A stretch of DNA of 64,000 bases, taken from Marinilabiliales bacterium (lineage in GTDB: Bacteria > Bacteroidota > Bacteroidia > Bacteroidales > SZUA-534). The position numbers and the translations under genes were made by a program. The DNA lies in contig DOTG01000004.1 in the NCBI GenBank assembly GCA_003512955.1, positions 54,087 to 118,086 of the forward strand, given 5' to 3'. The notes under the pieces are model-generated. The model had not been told where the DNA came from and did no database searches. It saw only the letters and a list, made by a program, of their open reading frames with translations. Below, in pieces: positions 21,249 through 31,355 of this stretch; position 1 is the stretch's first letter; each line of letters opens with the position of its first letter.

Positions 21249-23216
21249 TTATAAATCGGTTTCTACTGAAACAAAACGGGCAATATTCCGCGACATTTCA
21301 ATACGGTTATAAATTGACTGCATAATTTTCAGGTACAGTTTTTCTTTCAGAACCATGTCTTCAAGGCCCGCGTCCACATTGGGGTTGTCGTTTACCTCAA
21401 TAACATAAGCTTTTCCATCAATCATTTTAAGATCGACTCCATACAAACCATCGCCCATGAGGGCTGCTGCTTTTGTGGCTGCTTTAATAATAGGTTCAGG
21501 GACATCTTCCACCAACATAGTTTCCACTTCGCCAAAATAATCTTCCTGCTCACCGTTCCAGTTGCAGATTTGCCAGTGGTCCTTGGCCATAAAGTATTTG
21601 CAGGCAAACAGAGGTTTTTGGTCGAGCATTCCTATGCGCCAATCGTATTCCGAAGGAACAAACTCCTGTGCAATTATCAGATCCGATTTTTTAAACAGAT
21701 GGTTGAGCGAATGAGCCAATTCATCGGGATTGTTTACCTTGGTAACACCCAATGAAAACGCGCTGTCTGGCTGTTTCAGCACCATCGGGTACTGAAGTTT
21801 ATCGAACCCGTTTTTCCGGATAAAATCCTTGGTCAGGATCATGGTCTGCGGTGTCAGTATCTTATTCTGCCTCATCCTCTCTTCCAGGAATATTTTATTG
21901 GAACACCGGAGGATGGACCAAGGATCGTCAATAACTACTAAACCCTCAGCATAAGCCGTACGCGAAAAGTGGTAGGTATAATTGTTCACGCTGGTTGTTT
22001 CGCGGATAAACAATGCATCGAACTCAGTAAGCCGGTCGTAATCGTCTTTGGTAATAAACTCGGTATAGAACCCGGTTTTTTTGGCTGCATCTTTAAACAT
22101 CTGCAATGCCTCGGGGTTCGAAGGCGGGTTCTTCTCTTCGGGATTAACCAAAATAGCCAAATCGTATTTATAGTTGTTGAAACGATGGCGCTGGAACCTT
22201 TTGCGCGAAAAGTATTCGCGTGCAAAATGTTGGATACGCTCAAAATCTTCGTTGTTAATTTTATCCAGACTTAATGGGCTCACCCGTTGGATCACCCAAC
22301 GATCGGTTTTGTTAAACTGAACATGCATCAGCGGCGTTTCGAACAGGCGGTACAGGTTATGCCCTAATACCTTGTAGTTTTTATCGATGGTCTGTCCAAA
22401 GTAAATATTAAAACTGATTTGGTTCTGAGTCTCCTTTTCCAGGGTTTTTTGAAGCAAATCGTCAATATCCTGGGCAATGGTGCGTATGATGGAAACATTT
22501 CTGAAATCGCGGATGGTGGTTACATTGGGAATAGCCCGGTGCTCACGGGCCGAAGCCAGCAATGAAACATAATACCCGATGCTTTGGTACCGATAAGAGT
22601 TGGAAAGATTGAAAATCCGTCCATTTTTAAGTGACTGGAATTCATTTTCGGAGAGGTAACTTTTTGATGAAATCACCCTTAACCCTTCAATTTCGAGTTT
22701 CCATTTTTTTGGATTGTCGACCACAATAATATTGGTAATCCCGTTTCGTTCTTTGGGGTCGAAAAGGTTTAAAATCATGCGTTGGGCATGTATCCCATCG
22801 CTATAATAGTTTGGAAGTTCTTCGGTAATTACAAAACCGGCTTTTTGGTACCAGTCAATTAGTTTTGTGTTGGTGGACAATGCTTCGAGCGACAATTTGT
22901 CGAATCCTTTTGAGATGGCTACATGTTTCACCTGGGCCATTAACATCAATCCAATCCCCTCGCTCTGGTATTCGGGCAATACCCCAATGGAATAAATCCG
23001 CAAGGTATGCTGATAAAGGTTTAGGATGAGGCTGCCCACTGGAGTGATCTTTCTTTTCTCTTTAACTTCGGCAATCCAGACTTGTTGGGCAGGACTTTGT
23101 AAGCTTAGCCGCAACGAACGTCGCGAACTTTGTTGGAATTCTGGGAAGCAGGATTTTTCTATTTTTTCTAAAAAAGGTAAATCATTTAAAGTTGATTTCC
23201 TGATACTTACATTCAT
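21249..23216 (-). CDS. GNAT N-acetyltransferase fused to a RimK-like ATP-grasp ligase
   Basis: 655 aa. The N-terminal GNAT block is RIYSIGVLPEYQSEGIGLMLM. The C-terminal ATP-grasp blocks are YPMVLKQPDSAFSLGVTKV, LIIAQEFVPSEYDWRIGMLD and YVIEVNDNPNVD. Confidence 0.8.
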   Translation of the reverse strand: MNVSIRKSTLNDLPFLEKIEKSCFPEFQQSSRRSLRLSLQSPAQQVWIAEVKEKRKITPVGSLILNLYQHTLRIYSIGVLPEYQSEGIGLMLMAQVKHVAISKGFDKLSLEALSTNTKLIDWYQKAGFVITEELPNYYSDGIHAQRMILNLFDPKERNGITNIIVVDNPKKWKLEIEGLRVISSKSYLSENEFQSLKNGRIFNLSNSYRYQSIGYYVSLLASAREHRAIPNVTTIRDFRNVSIIRTIAQDIDDLLQKTLEKETQNQISFNIYFGQTIDKNYKVLGHNLYRLFETPLMHVQFNKTDRWVIQRVSPLSLDKINNEDFERIQHFAREYFSRKRFQRHRFNNYKYDLAILVNPEEKNPPSNPEALQMFKDAAKKTGFYTEFITKDDYDRLTEFDALFIRETTSVNNYTYHFSRTAYAEGLVVIDDPWSILRCSNKIFLEERMRQNKILTPQTMILTKDFIRKNGFDKLQYPMVLKQPDSAFSLGVTKVNNPDELAHSLNHLFKKSDLIIAQEFVPSEYDWRIGMLDQKPLFACKYFMAKDHWQICNWNGEQEDYFGEVETMLVEDVPEPIIKAATKAAALMGDGLYGVDLKMIDGKAYVIEVNDNPNVDAGLEDMVLKEKLYLKIMQSIYNRIEMSRNIARFVSVETDL

Positions 23217-23368
23217 AAAATGTTATACTAATGACATTTCAAAAATACTATTTTATGAATAGGATAAGCTTTTATTAAAAGTTTTTTTGATAAGATATTA
23301 CCAAATTATTTCAACAGGTATATGAACAAGTAAATGAGCAGATTATGAGCTATTTAGATAATTTATCT

Positions 23369-25339
23369 TTACTCCTCCTGATAGGGTATCTGTATTTTAA
23401 TAAGGACACCTGGGCTGTTATTCTGGATTGGCTTATCAATAATTTCAAAATAACAGGGTTTTTTTGTCAGATTCTGCAAATTTTGCATCCGTTGTTTGGT
23501 AATTTTTGTAGCCATAGATACATGGTTTTTTGGTTGTTTTTCAGCCGTTTGCTCCTGAAGGCCCTTGCCATTATCTTCAACTTCAATCACCAGAAATTCA
23601 TTCTGCTTTGTAAAACGGACAAAAATTACACCTTGCCGTTCAATACCACGGACACCGTGTTCAATGGCATTTTCAATAAAAGGCTGTACCAGCATAGGAG
23701 GTACCTGACAAGTCTGCGGGTCAAGCCCGTTGGATAGTTCAAAGTAATAATCGAATTTGTTTTGAAACCTCAATTGCTGCAGCTTGAGGTAGTCGTCGAG
23801 AATTTGAAGTTCGTTTTCCAACAAAATAAAATCGGAACCTGAACCCATCAGTATATTCCGCATCAAGCGCGAGAAATTGACCAAATATTCCGAGGCGGCC
23901 TTTTTATCGTTGTTTAGGATGAAATTTTGTACTGCCGATAACGAATTGAACACAAAATGAGGGTTCAGTTGAGCGCGTAGCAATTTTTGCTCTAAACTCA
24001 TTTCGCTCAGCATGTTTTTTAACTTCCGTTGACGATAAGCAAAAAGGACAAACATGGCCAAAGCCAGCAAAACTGTAGCAATACCTAAAAACAAATAACG
24101 CTGCCTACTGAGCTGCAAGGCTTTTAATTCGGCATCTTGCTTAAGGATGATAATTTCGCGTTCCTGTTTTTCGGCCTTGAATAAAACATCCATAGCCTCG
24201 GCATTTTGGCGGCTAACTTCTTTAGTCATGCTGTCTTTGTAGGCCAGCGATTCGCGCATATGCTCCAGGGCCAATTGGGTCTTAAAAGTATAGCTATAAA
24301 GTTCCGAAAGAATTTTGTTGGCCTCCAGAATCTGCCATTTACTGCCAATGTTTTTCCCAATTTCCAGTGCTTTCTTTAAATGATCTTCAGCCAAGGGGTA
24401 TTGTGCCAACTGCATATATACATTGCCCAGATTCCGGTGGTTGTCGGCTACATAAATCAAATCGCCAATCTGCTGGTTGATGTCCAGCGATTTCTGATAG
24501 TGCTCCAATGCTTGTGTGTATTGTTTCAATTCCATATAAACCATTCCCAAACTATTGTTGCAGATGGCCTGCCCCAGGTTTGAGCCAATAAGTACATTGA
24601 TGTTGTAGGAATGCTGCAAATAATAGAGGGCAGAGTCGGTATTGTGCAAATACAGGTAAGCCTCGCCAATATTGTTGGTATTGATGGCCTCGCCCAGCAA
24701 ATTCCGGGGATGTGTTCCCAAATAATTCAATGAACGCTTAAAGTATTCAATGGCATCGGTATAGTTGTTATAGCTGATATACACGTTCCCAATCCCGTTA
24801 AGTGCTGAATGAATCAACAGGGTATCGTTAGCCGATTCGGCCCATTCCAGTGCCTGCATGTACAATTTTAAAGCCTGCGCATTGTCATCAATCCGGCGGA
24901 ATGTTACAGCCATTTCATGCAAGGTTTTGGCATTTAGCTCGTCGTCGTGGGACTGATTGGCGATGGAAAGCGACTGCCGGTGGAACGAAATGGCCAAACT
25001 ATATTCAGAAATGTTGCGGTACCTTTTAGCTACCTGGTTATAAATATTGGCCAATTGCCGTTGATGGTTGTTGATTTTGGCTATTTCAATAGCCTGCTTT
25101 AAATAATTATCCAACGGCTGTTTGACTCCTTCAGTATTTCGGTATTGTTTGTCGGAAAGTTGGAGCAGGCTATCAATGACCTGGTTGGTAATGTTTTTGG
25201 TATTGGTAAGGGGCAATGCTCCTTTATCAGGAAAATTGCAAGAAGCCATACAAAGGGCAACCCATACAATTAAATAACCGATCGATCTCAATGCAGGTAG
25301 TTTTGCTAAAAGTAAAAAGAATAATTGGAAAATCTGCAA
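23369..25339 (-). CDS. TPR-repeat sensor histidine kinase, LytS/YehU type
   Basis: 656 aa. It has a signal or lipobox-like N-terminus, about 8 TPR repeats, one transmembrane helix (YLFLGIATVLLALAMFVLFAY), the PF06580-type H-box LNPHFVFNSLSAVQNF, and an HATPase region FIENAIEHG...VEDNGKG. Confidence 0.8.
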   Translation of the reverse strand: MQIFQLFFLLLAKLPALRSIGYLIVWVALCMASCNFPDKGALPLTNTKNITNQVIDSLLQLSDKQYRNTEGVKQPLDNYLKQAIEIAKINNHQRQLANIYNQVAKRYRNISEYSLAISFHRQSLSIANQSHDDELNAKTLHEMAVTFRRIDDNAQALKLYMQALEWAESANDTLLIHSALNGIGNVYISYNNYTDAIEYFKRSLNYLGTHPRNLLGEAINTNNIGEAYLYLHNTDSALYYLQHSYNINVLIGSNLGQAICNNSLGMVYMELKQYTQALEHYQKSLDINQQIGDLIYVADNHRNLGNVYMQLAQYPLAEDHLKKALEIGKNIGSKWQILEANKILSELYSYTFKTQLALEHMRESLAYKDSMTKEVSRQNAEAMDVLFKAEKQEREIIILKQDAELKALQLSRQRYLFLGIATVLLALAMFVLFAYRQRKLKNMLSEMSLEQKLLRAQLNPHFVFNSLSAVQNFILNNDKKAASEYLVNFSRLMRNILMGSGSDFILLENELQILDDYLKLQQLRFQNKFDYYFELSNGLDPQTCQVPPMLVQPFIENAIEHGVRGIERQGVIFVRFTKQNEFLVIEVEDNGKGLQEQTAEKQPKNHVSMATKITKQRMQNLQNLTKKPCYFEIIDKPIQNNSPGVLIKIQIPYQEE

Positions 25340-25350
25340 ATGGTTCTTTT

Positions 25351-26046
25351 TTATCCCCGTTTGCTGATCTCTGTCAACGATTCGAGTTGGGTAATTAAAA
25401 TGTCTTTACCATCCAGTGATACAATACCTTCGGCTTCAAATTCTTTGAGAAGTTTTACCGTACTTTCCAGTGAAATACCTGCAAACTCAGCCAGATCTTT
25501 TCTGCTCAGGTGTGAAAAGACTTCGTATCCGGAAAATTCTTCTGAGGCCAGATAAATCAGGGTCGAAGCCAGTTTGCCCGGCATCTGTTTGGTGGTAGCA
25601 TTTTTTATAATTTCGTACAGTTTGGTTTCGCTGCGGCAATTATCGGAAATTACCCGCCAAGCCACTTCCATGTTGTCTTTCAGCATTCTTTTCAGTCCTT
25701 CTTTATCAATGAGGCAAATGCGGGCATCGGTTAAAGCTACCGCCGAGTATTGATATACCTGCTGGTTGAGCACACTCTGAAAGCTCACAAATTCGCCGCA
25801 CCGGATAAGCCGCAGATTGATGTTCCGTCCGTTTCCGGTTTCTAAAAAAACTTTAATCAAACCTTCGTAAACATACATTACGTAAGGGGCAAAGGCACCT
25901 TGCTTACAGATATTTTCGCCTTTGGTGTAGGTAAGCTGCTGTTTTTTGTTGTTAAAATATTCCGAATCGTCGGGAAACAGGTGGTGGAAGCAGGTCCCCT
26001 CATTGTTGCATCCTTTACAGCTTATCGGTTTTGAAATGTCTGACAT
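25351..26046 (-). CDS. FNR-type Crp/Fnr family transcriptional regulator
   Basis: 231 aa with a cNMP-binding fold and a C-terminal HTH (SRKDLAEFAGISLESTVKLLKEF). The N-terminal C-x2-C-x5-C (Cys10/13/19) plus Cys111 in ...DARICLID mirrors the four [4Fe-4S] ligand positions of FNR. Confidence 0.75.
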   Translation of the reverse strand: MSDISKPISCKGCNNEGTCFHHLFPDDSEYFNNKKQQLTYTKGENICKQGAFAPYVMYVYEGLIKVFLETGNGRNINLRLIRCGEFVSFQSVLNQQVYQYSAVALTDARICLIDKEGLKRMLKDNMEVAWRVISDNCRSETKLYEIIKNATTKQMPGKLASTLIYLASEEFSGYEVFSHLSRKDLAEFAGISLESTVKLLKEFEAEGIVSLDGKDILITQLESLTEISKRG

Positions 26047-26175
26047 GGCTCTGTGAATAAAAACACAAAAATAGAAAGATTAAAGGTCTTTAATACCAGA
26101 TAAACAGTTTAATTCTTTCATGTATTGTATAGAATTTCAATGCTTAAAAGTGAACGAAACATAATAATAACATTT

Positions 26176-26841
26176 TTATAGCTTGGAATGCCTCAGCCCA
26201 ATAGAAATACCTGTTTTCAGAACCAAACGGGCATAATTAGGTTCAGTAAAATTTCTATCTGCCAGGATTAAACCTTCTGTTGTTGAGAAAAAGTCTGTGG
26301 TATTATTCACAAACTTGCTGTAATTCCATTGAATTCCCCCTCCCAGATATAAATCGACAATAATACGTTTATGCGAAGTTTGGTACCCAATTTTTAAAGT
26401 TGCGGTTATTGCCTGCCGATGGATTGAAATCCATCGGTCTTTTATTATATTGTTCTCCGGATTAGGATTCAGTTCCCAAACCTGAAACTGTTCTTTAAAA
26501 AAAGCATTTCGATAAAAAAGTTCAGGTGCTACATAAAAGCCATAATTATATAACCCTTTCCAATTAGAATACAACCGATAATCTGCACGAACAATATAGC
26601 CTTTTGCTCCGATATAATTTTTATTTTCAACTATTGGCAATAATATACCTGCACGAAACTGATAATTAAGCCACCTGAATTTTTGAAATTCTACTGCTAA
26701 ATCAACCGATGGATAATCCATGTTTAATGCTGATAAAAGGGGTAATTTGAAAAGGGTATTTTTTGTAAGTTCATTTTCCGGGTTTTGTGCTTTTAAAGGA
26801 AAAATATTTAGGCAAAACAGAAGGAATAATAGTTGTTTCAT
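26176..26841 (-). CDS. Hypothetical outer-membrane beta-barrel-like protein
   Basis: ORF 26176..26856. Likely start at MKQLLFLLFCLNIFPLKAQ, a signal peptide. Alternating aromatic/Gly-rich strands and a C-terminal ...GLRHSKL. The family is uncertain. Confidence 0.45.
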   Translation of the reverse strand: MKQLLFLLFCLNIFPLKAQNPENELTKNTLFKLPLLSALNMDYPSVDLAVEFQKFRWLNYQFRAGILLPIVENKNYIGAKGYIVRADYRLYSNWKGLYNYGFYVAPELFYRNAFFKEQFQVWELNPNPENNIIKDRWISIHRQAITATLKIGYQTSHKRIIVDLYLGGGIQWNYSKFVNNTTDFFSTTEGLILADRNFTEPNYARLVLKTGISIGLRHSKL

Positions 26842-26993
26842 GGCGTAAATATTCAAATTGTTTCATGATTTGAAGTCAGTTTTCGGCTTGAAGTTAGAGA
26901 ATTATCTGGTATGACTCATTTTTTTCAATGGAAATTCATGTTAGAATTCTAGGGTTGCTTATATTTAGCTGATTTTTACCTAACCCAACAGTT

Positions 26994-27800
26994 TTGAAAA
27001 AAATTGTAAAAAAAAGCCTTTTGACCCTCATTGCACTTCTGAACCTTACTGGTTGGGCTCAGGAAGGACGTTTTACAGGTATGGGGCAGGCTTCGGTGAT
27101 GCTCCCCGATTTTTGGTCGGCATTCGGGAATCAGTCAGGTTTGGCATATCTGGAGCATCCCGAAATTGGAGCCAGTTATTATAACGCCTACCAGCTCTGG
27201 GAATTGGGAACACAGGCCGGAGCATTTGTTTATCCTACCCGGACAGGAAATTTTGCCGCCTCGTTACACCGTACAGGTTATTCGCTATTCTCAAAAAACC
27301 AGATGGGTTTGGCCTATGCCCGAAAATTGGGCGAAAAATGGTCGGCCTCGGTTCAGTTCGATTACCTTTATTACCACCAATCGGAGCAAACACAGCACAA
27401 AGGTGCTTTTTTAATCGAAGCCGGTGTGATGGCTGAGCCTATAGATGGATTTTTTATTGGCGCTCATGTATATAATCCCACCCGGGTGAAGCTTTCCGAT
27501 TATCAGGACGAACGGGTTCCGACCCTTATGAAAGCCGGGTTGGGGTATTATTTTAGCCAATGGGTTGTGGTTACCCTGGAAGCTGAAAAAGATTTGGAAT
27601 TTAAACCCAGGGTGAAATGTGGCGTGGAATACCAAGCCGTAACACACCTTTTTTTACGGATGGGGCTCATGACCCAACCCAACCAATTTACCTTGGGCCT
27701 GGGGTATCAATTAAAAAACCTGACCACCGACATTGCATTTGTTACCCACGAAACACTGCCTTTATCTACCCAAATATCTTTAAAATATTCATTTAAATAA
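26994..27800 (+). CDS. Hypothetical outer-membrane beta-barrel protein (TTG start)
   Basis: 268 aa with signal peptide KKSLLTLIALLNLTGWAQ, beta-strand-like periodicity and a terminal aromatic residue (KYSFK). It is the first gene of a tight three-gene + strand cluster. Confidence 0.5.
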   Translation: MKKIVKKSLLTLIALLNLTGWAQEGRFTGMGQASVMLPDFWSAFGNQSGLAYLEHPEIGASYYNAYQLWELGTQAGAFVYPTRTGNFAASLHRTGYSLFSKNQMGLAYARKLGEKWSASVQFDYLYYHQSEQTQHKGAFLIEAGVMAEPIDGFFIGAHVYNPTRVKLSDYQDERVPTLMKAGLGYYFSQWVVVTLEAEKDLEFKPRVKCGVEYQAVTHLFLRMGLMTQPNQFTLGLGYQLKNLTTDIAFVTHETLPLSTQISLKYSFK

Positions 27801-27808
27801 CTAAAACT

Positions 27809-28687
27809 ATGGAACTTTTAACCACCGTTTGGATATTTTTAAAAGCCGTACTGTTGAGCACTTTTGTACAATTGATCGCCATTTTTGGTATTTTTTTCAT
27901 CTTCGGGCTTTTACTTTATTTATTGGCACGCTTTACCCGGGTAACTTTTGTAAAAAGCGTCGGGTATAAATTCGATATTTTTATCACCGGGTGGCTCGGT
28001 ACCCCGGTACATGAACTGGGACATGCCCTGTTTTGCCTTCCTTTTGGGCATCAGGTAACTGAAATCAAGTTATATACGCCCAGCAGCGAAGATGGAACCC
28101 TGGGATATGTCAACCATAGTTACAATCCGAAAAACATCTGGCACCGCATCGGGAACTTCTTTATTGGCATGGGACCCATCCTGTTTGGCTCCTTCGTGCT
28201 TTTTCTGCTCATCAAATATTTGCTGCCCGATAACCACAGTCTGTTGCAGGTGATCAATTCGCAAGCTGCCGATTTAACTACCTGGCAGGGGTTCGGAAAT
28301 CTTTTTATACAATTGTATCAAGTGGGGATTCACTTTCCCGGGCTTTTGTTTTCCAGCAGTAACATCCATTCCTGGCAATTTTGGGTATTTTTATATGTGT
28401 CGTTGAGCGTAGCTTCGCACATGGAACTGAGTCCACCCGATTTAAAAGGGGTTTGGGTAGGTCTGCTGTCCATTGTTATTTTGCTGTTTGTCATTAACTG
28501 TATCAGCCATTTCTTTGGCGTGAATGTTTCCGGATACATGTTTTCGGTAGCCCGTTTCACCAATTTGTCAGTGGGCATTTTTACTTTTGCTACGGCTTTG
28601 TCGGTTCTATTTTTCCTGGGTTCGTGGTTATTGCTTAATATTTACACACTCATTGTTCACCGCGAGGCTTTTCATCCGTTTGCCTGA
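27809..28687 (+). CDS. Polytopic membrane protein with an HExxH zinc-metalloprotease motif
   Basis: 292 aa. GTPVHELGHALFCLPFGH lies between transmembrane helices. Its TGA stop overlaps the next ATG (TGATG at 28685-28689). Confidence 0.6.
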   Translation: MELLTTVWIFLKAVLLSTFVQLIAIFGIFFIFGLLLYLLARFTRVTFVKSVGYKFDIFITGWLGTPVHELGHALFCLPFGHQVTEIKLYTPSSEDGTLGYVNHSYNPKNIWHRIGNFFIGMGPILFGSFVLFLLIKYLLPDNHSLLQVINSQAADLTTWQGFGNLFIQLYQVGIHFPGLLFSSSNIHSWQFWVFLYVSLSVASHMELSPPDLKGVWVGLLSIVILLFVINCISHFFGVNVSGYMFSVARFTNLSVGIFTFATALSVLFFLGSWLLLNIYTLIVHREAFHPFA

Positions 28688-30768
28688 TGCTTTACCGAAT
28701 CGCCTTTGGTTGTTTGCTGGTGGTGGCCTTCTATCCGTTGTTTGGGCAGGAACAAAAAAGCTCCCAACAACTGGTTGAAGAGTTGGTTGAAACACTGGCC
28801 GAGGGTTCCGATGCTGAATTGGATTTTACCTCGCTCACCGAAGACTTAATTTATTTGGCTGAGAATCCCCTGAATTTGAATACCGCCCAGCCGACCGATT
28901 TGGAGAAACTCCCATTTTTGACCGATTTTCAGGTGATGAGCCTGATTGATTACCGTTCCACCTACGGGTCTTTCCTAACCATTTATGAACTGCCCTTGGT
29001 TTCCGGGTTCGATTTCCCGACCATCCGCCTGTTATTGCCTTTTGTTAGGGTGGCTCAAGCACAGGAAAAATCAAATCTCGATATTAAGAAAACAATAAAA
29101 TACAGCCAGAGTGAACTACTGACAAGGGTTTCCGGGATTATGGAACAACCCGATGGGTATCAACCGGTGCCTGATTCGTTGAGTGAGGCCAATCCCAACG
29201 ATTATTACCCGGGAAACCGCATGCGTTATTATGCGAAATATAAGTTCTCAATTAAGGAGCAAGTCCAAGCAGGAATAACTGCTGAGAAAGATCCCGGTGA
29301 AGCATTTTTCAAAGGGCCACAACCGAATGGATTCGATTTTTATTCGGCGCACCTGCAATTCTCGAAGATCGGTATCTTAGAAACCGCCGTTTTGGGTGAT
29401 TTTGAAGCACATTACGGACAGGGCTTGGTGATGGGCTCTTACCTGAGCAACAGCAAGTCGTCGCTGGTTATGGACATCCGCAAGAAATATGAAGGGCTTA
29501 AAAAATATTCCTCCACCGACGAAAACCAATACTTTCGCGGCGCAGGTGCTACCGTGGCTTTAGGTGATTTTAAACTATCGGCATTCGGTTCCTACAAACC
29601 GTTGGATGCAAATTTGGAAGCCTCAGACACGACCTTAACCGGTGAATATGGAGTGACATCGCTACAGGTTTCAGGAATCCATGCAACCCCCAGTCAACTT
29701 GAAGACAAACACACCTTGAAGGAAACCATGATGGGCGGAAACATCCAATACCGGTTCCATCAATTTCGGATTGGGATTACAGGGGTTACCACCAGCTTTA
29801 GTAACCCATTTACGGCCAGCAACCACCCGGAGGATAACTATCAATTTACGGGAACGCGAAACCAAAACCTGGGAGCCGATTTTTTATGGACATTCCGGTC
29901 GATATATTTGTTTGGCGAGGGAGCCGTCTCGTCAAACAAAAGAACAGCAGGGCTGGTAGGAACCATTTTACAGCTCACCCCCCAGGTGAGCCTTTCGATG
30001 CTTTACCGGAATTATGATGCAAAATTTCAGACCCTCTATGGAAATGCGTTTGCCGAGAGTGGAAAAAACCAGAACGAACGGGGTTTTTACTCAGGTATCC
30101 AGCTTTTCCCTATTAAAAAATGGAAACTTTCGGCTTACTACGATTTTTATCGGTTCCCGATGACCACTTCGCAAGCCGATGGCCCTTCGAAAGGGCACGA
30201 TTTTATGGTTCAAGCTGATTTTGCTACCAACCGGGCTGTAAGTATGTATTGGCGCCTGAAAAAGGAAACCAACGAAGGAAACCTTTCTACCACAAGCCCT
30301 GAGGTAGCACCACTGGTGGAACAATCGCAGTGGCATTTCCGGTACCATATCAATTATACAATGAGCGGCATTTGGCATTTTAAAAACCGGGTTGAGGTAA
30401 GTCAGTACCAACAGCAGAGCGGTTCCAATGAATATGGGTTTTTGCTTTACCAGGATGTAAGCTGCGACCCGGCACGTATCCCGCTATCGGTTACTTTGCG
30501 GTACGCGGTTTATCAAACCGGTTCATACAACACGCGCATCTATGCTTACGAGTCGGATGTGCTGAATGCCTATTCTGTTCCCGCCTTGTACGATAAAGGT
30601 TCCCGGTTTTATCTGCTGCTGCAATATCAATTTTTGTCCAACGTGGAATGCTGGGTACGGTTCTCGCAAACGGCCTTTACACAGCGTACCGAAGTAGGTT
30701 CCGGCATAGACCGTGTTCCCGGGAACCATAAAAGTGAACTAAAGGCCCAGGTGCGGTGGCGGTTTTAA
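28687..30768 (+). CDS. Helix-hairpin-helix (ComEA-like) domain protein with a large C-terminal beta-rich domain
   Basis: 693 aa with a signal peptide. The HhH-type segment is LNLNTAQPTDLEKLPFLTDFQVMSLIDYRSTYGSFLTIYEL. The long Y/F/G-rich C-terminal part ends in an aromatic residue (VRWRF), which looks like an outer-membrane barrel. Confidence 0.6.
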   Translation: MLYRIAFGCLLVVAFYPLFGQEQKSSQQLVEELVETLAEGSDAELDFTSLTEDLIYLAENPLNLNTAQPTDLEKLPFLTDFQVMSLIDYRSTYGSFLTIYELPLVSGFDFPTIRLLLPFVRVAQAQEKSNLDIKKTIKYSQSELLTRVSGIMEQPDGYQPVPDSLSEANPNDYYPGNRMRYYAKYKFSIKEQVQAGITAEKDPGEAFFKGPQPNGFDFYSAHLQFSKIGILETAVLGDFEAHYGQGLVMGSYLSNSKSSLVMDIRKKYEGLKKYSSTDENQYFRGAGATVALGDFKLSAFGSYKPLDANLEASDTTLTGEYGVTSLQVSGIHATPSQLEDKHTLKETMMGGNIQYRFHQFRIGITGVTTSFSNPFTASNHPEDNYQFTGTRNQNLGADFLWTFRSIYLFGEGAVSSNKRTAGLVGTILQLTPQVSLSMLYRNYDAKFQTLYGNAFAESGKNQNERGFYSGIQLFPIKKWKLSAYYDFYRFPMTTSQADGPSKGHDFMVQADFATNRAVSMYWRLKKETNEGNLSTTSPEVAPLVEQSQWHFRYHINYTMSGIWHFKNRVEVSQYQQQSGSNEYGFLLYQDVSCDPARIPLSVTLRYAVYQTGSYNTRIYAYESDVLNAYSVPALYDKGSRFYLLLQYQFLSNVECWVRFSQTAFTQRTEVGSGIDRVPGNHKSELKAQVRWRF

Positions 30769-30989
30769 AGGGATTATTCCTGTCATCATTTTTTTCACCG
30801 CTAAAACGCTAGGGCGTAAGGAATTTCATTTCATCATTCTTTATTCATTTCCCTTTCACCGTTTTCCGGTTTTTAAAATTTGCATCTTCCGTTATTTGTA
30901 TTATTTTTGGTAACGGTTAAAAACATTTACTGAAACCAGCCTTAAAACTGAGGATAAATGAAAAATAACCGCGTATCTATTGTTTTTAT

Positions 30990-31193
30990 ATCACCAAATT
31001 GGGGAGATATATACGTAAAAACTGAGTTTCTATAATTGTTGGGGCACAAAAGCAGCAAGACCACGGAGGTTTACACACATGTAATAGCAGTAAACAATAA
31101 AAAATGCGCAACCCATTGGATATATTGATGAATAAAATTACTTTGGAAAACGGATTAAAAAAAACAGTTGTAAACAAAACCGATATATACTGA
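30990..31193 (+). pseudogene. Decayed 3' remnant of a tyrosine recombinase/integrase
   Basis: From 31036 the + strand reads LLGHKSSKTTEVYTHV, the box II region, with the catalytic-Tyr codon at 31072-31074. It is preceded by an in-frame TAA at 31033-31035. After the A-run at 31099-31104 a frame shift restores MRNPLDILMNKITLEN... up to the stop at 31191-31193. Upstream similarity (GDIYVKTEFL vs D.RYIQELL) is degenerate, and no N-terminal two-thirds of the gene exists. Confidence 0.6.
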
Positions 31194-31355
31194 ATAGAAG
31201 AGGGGAGGTAGGTATATAGGGATGTTGTGTTTCATGCTAAAAGAGACCGTGCAAATAACGCCAACGCACATTTGGCACATTTGCAAGCTCGAACACATAG
31301 GCTGCTGCTTCAGCTTGCAAAAGAGCCGAATTTTAGCCGACGCACATAGAGATAA

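Noticed and set aside
30986-31177. 63-aa minus-strand ORF
   Set aside because: It is antisense to the + strand integrase remnant, which reads LLGHKSSKTTEVYTHV. The minus-strand product is featureless.
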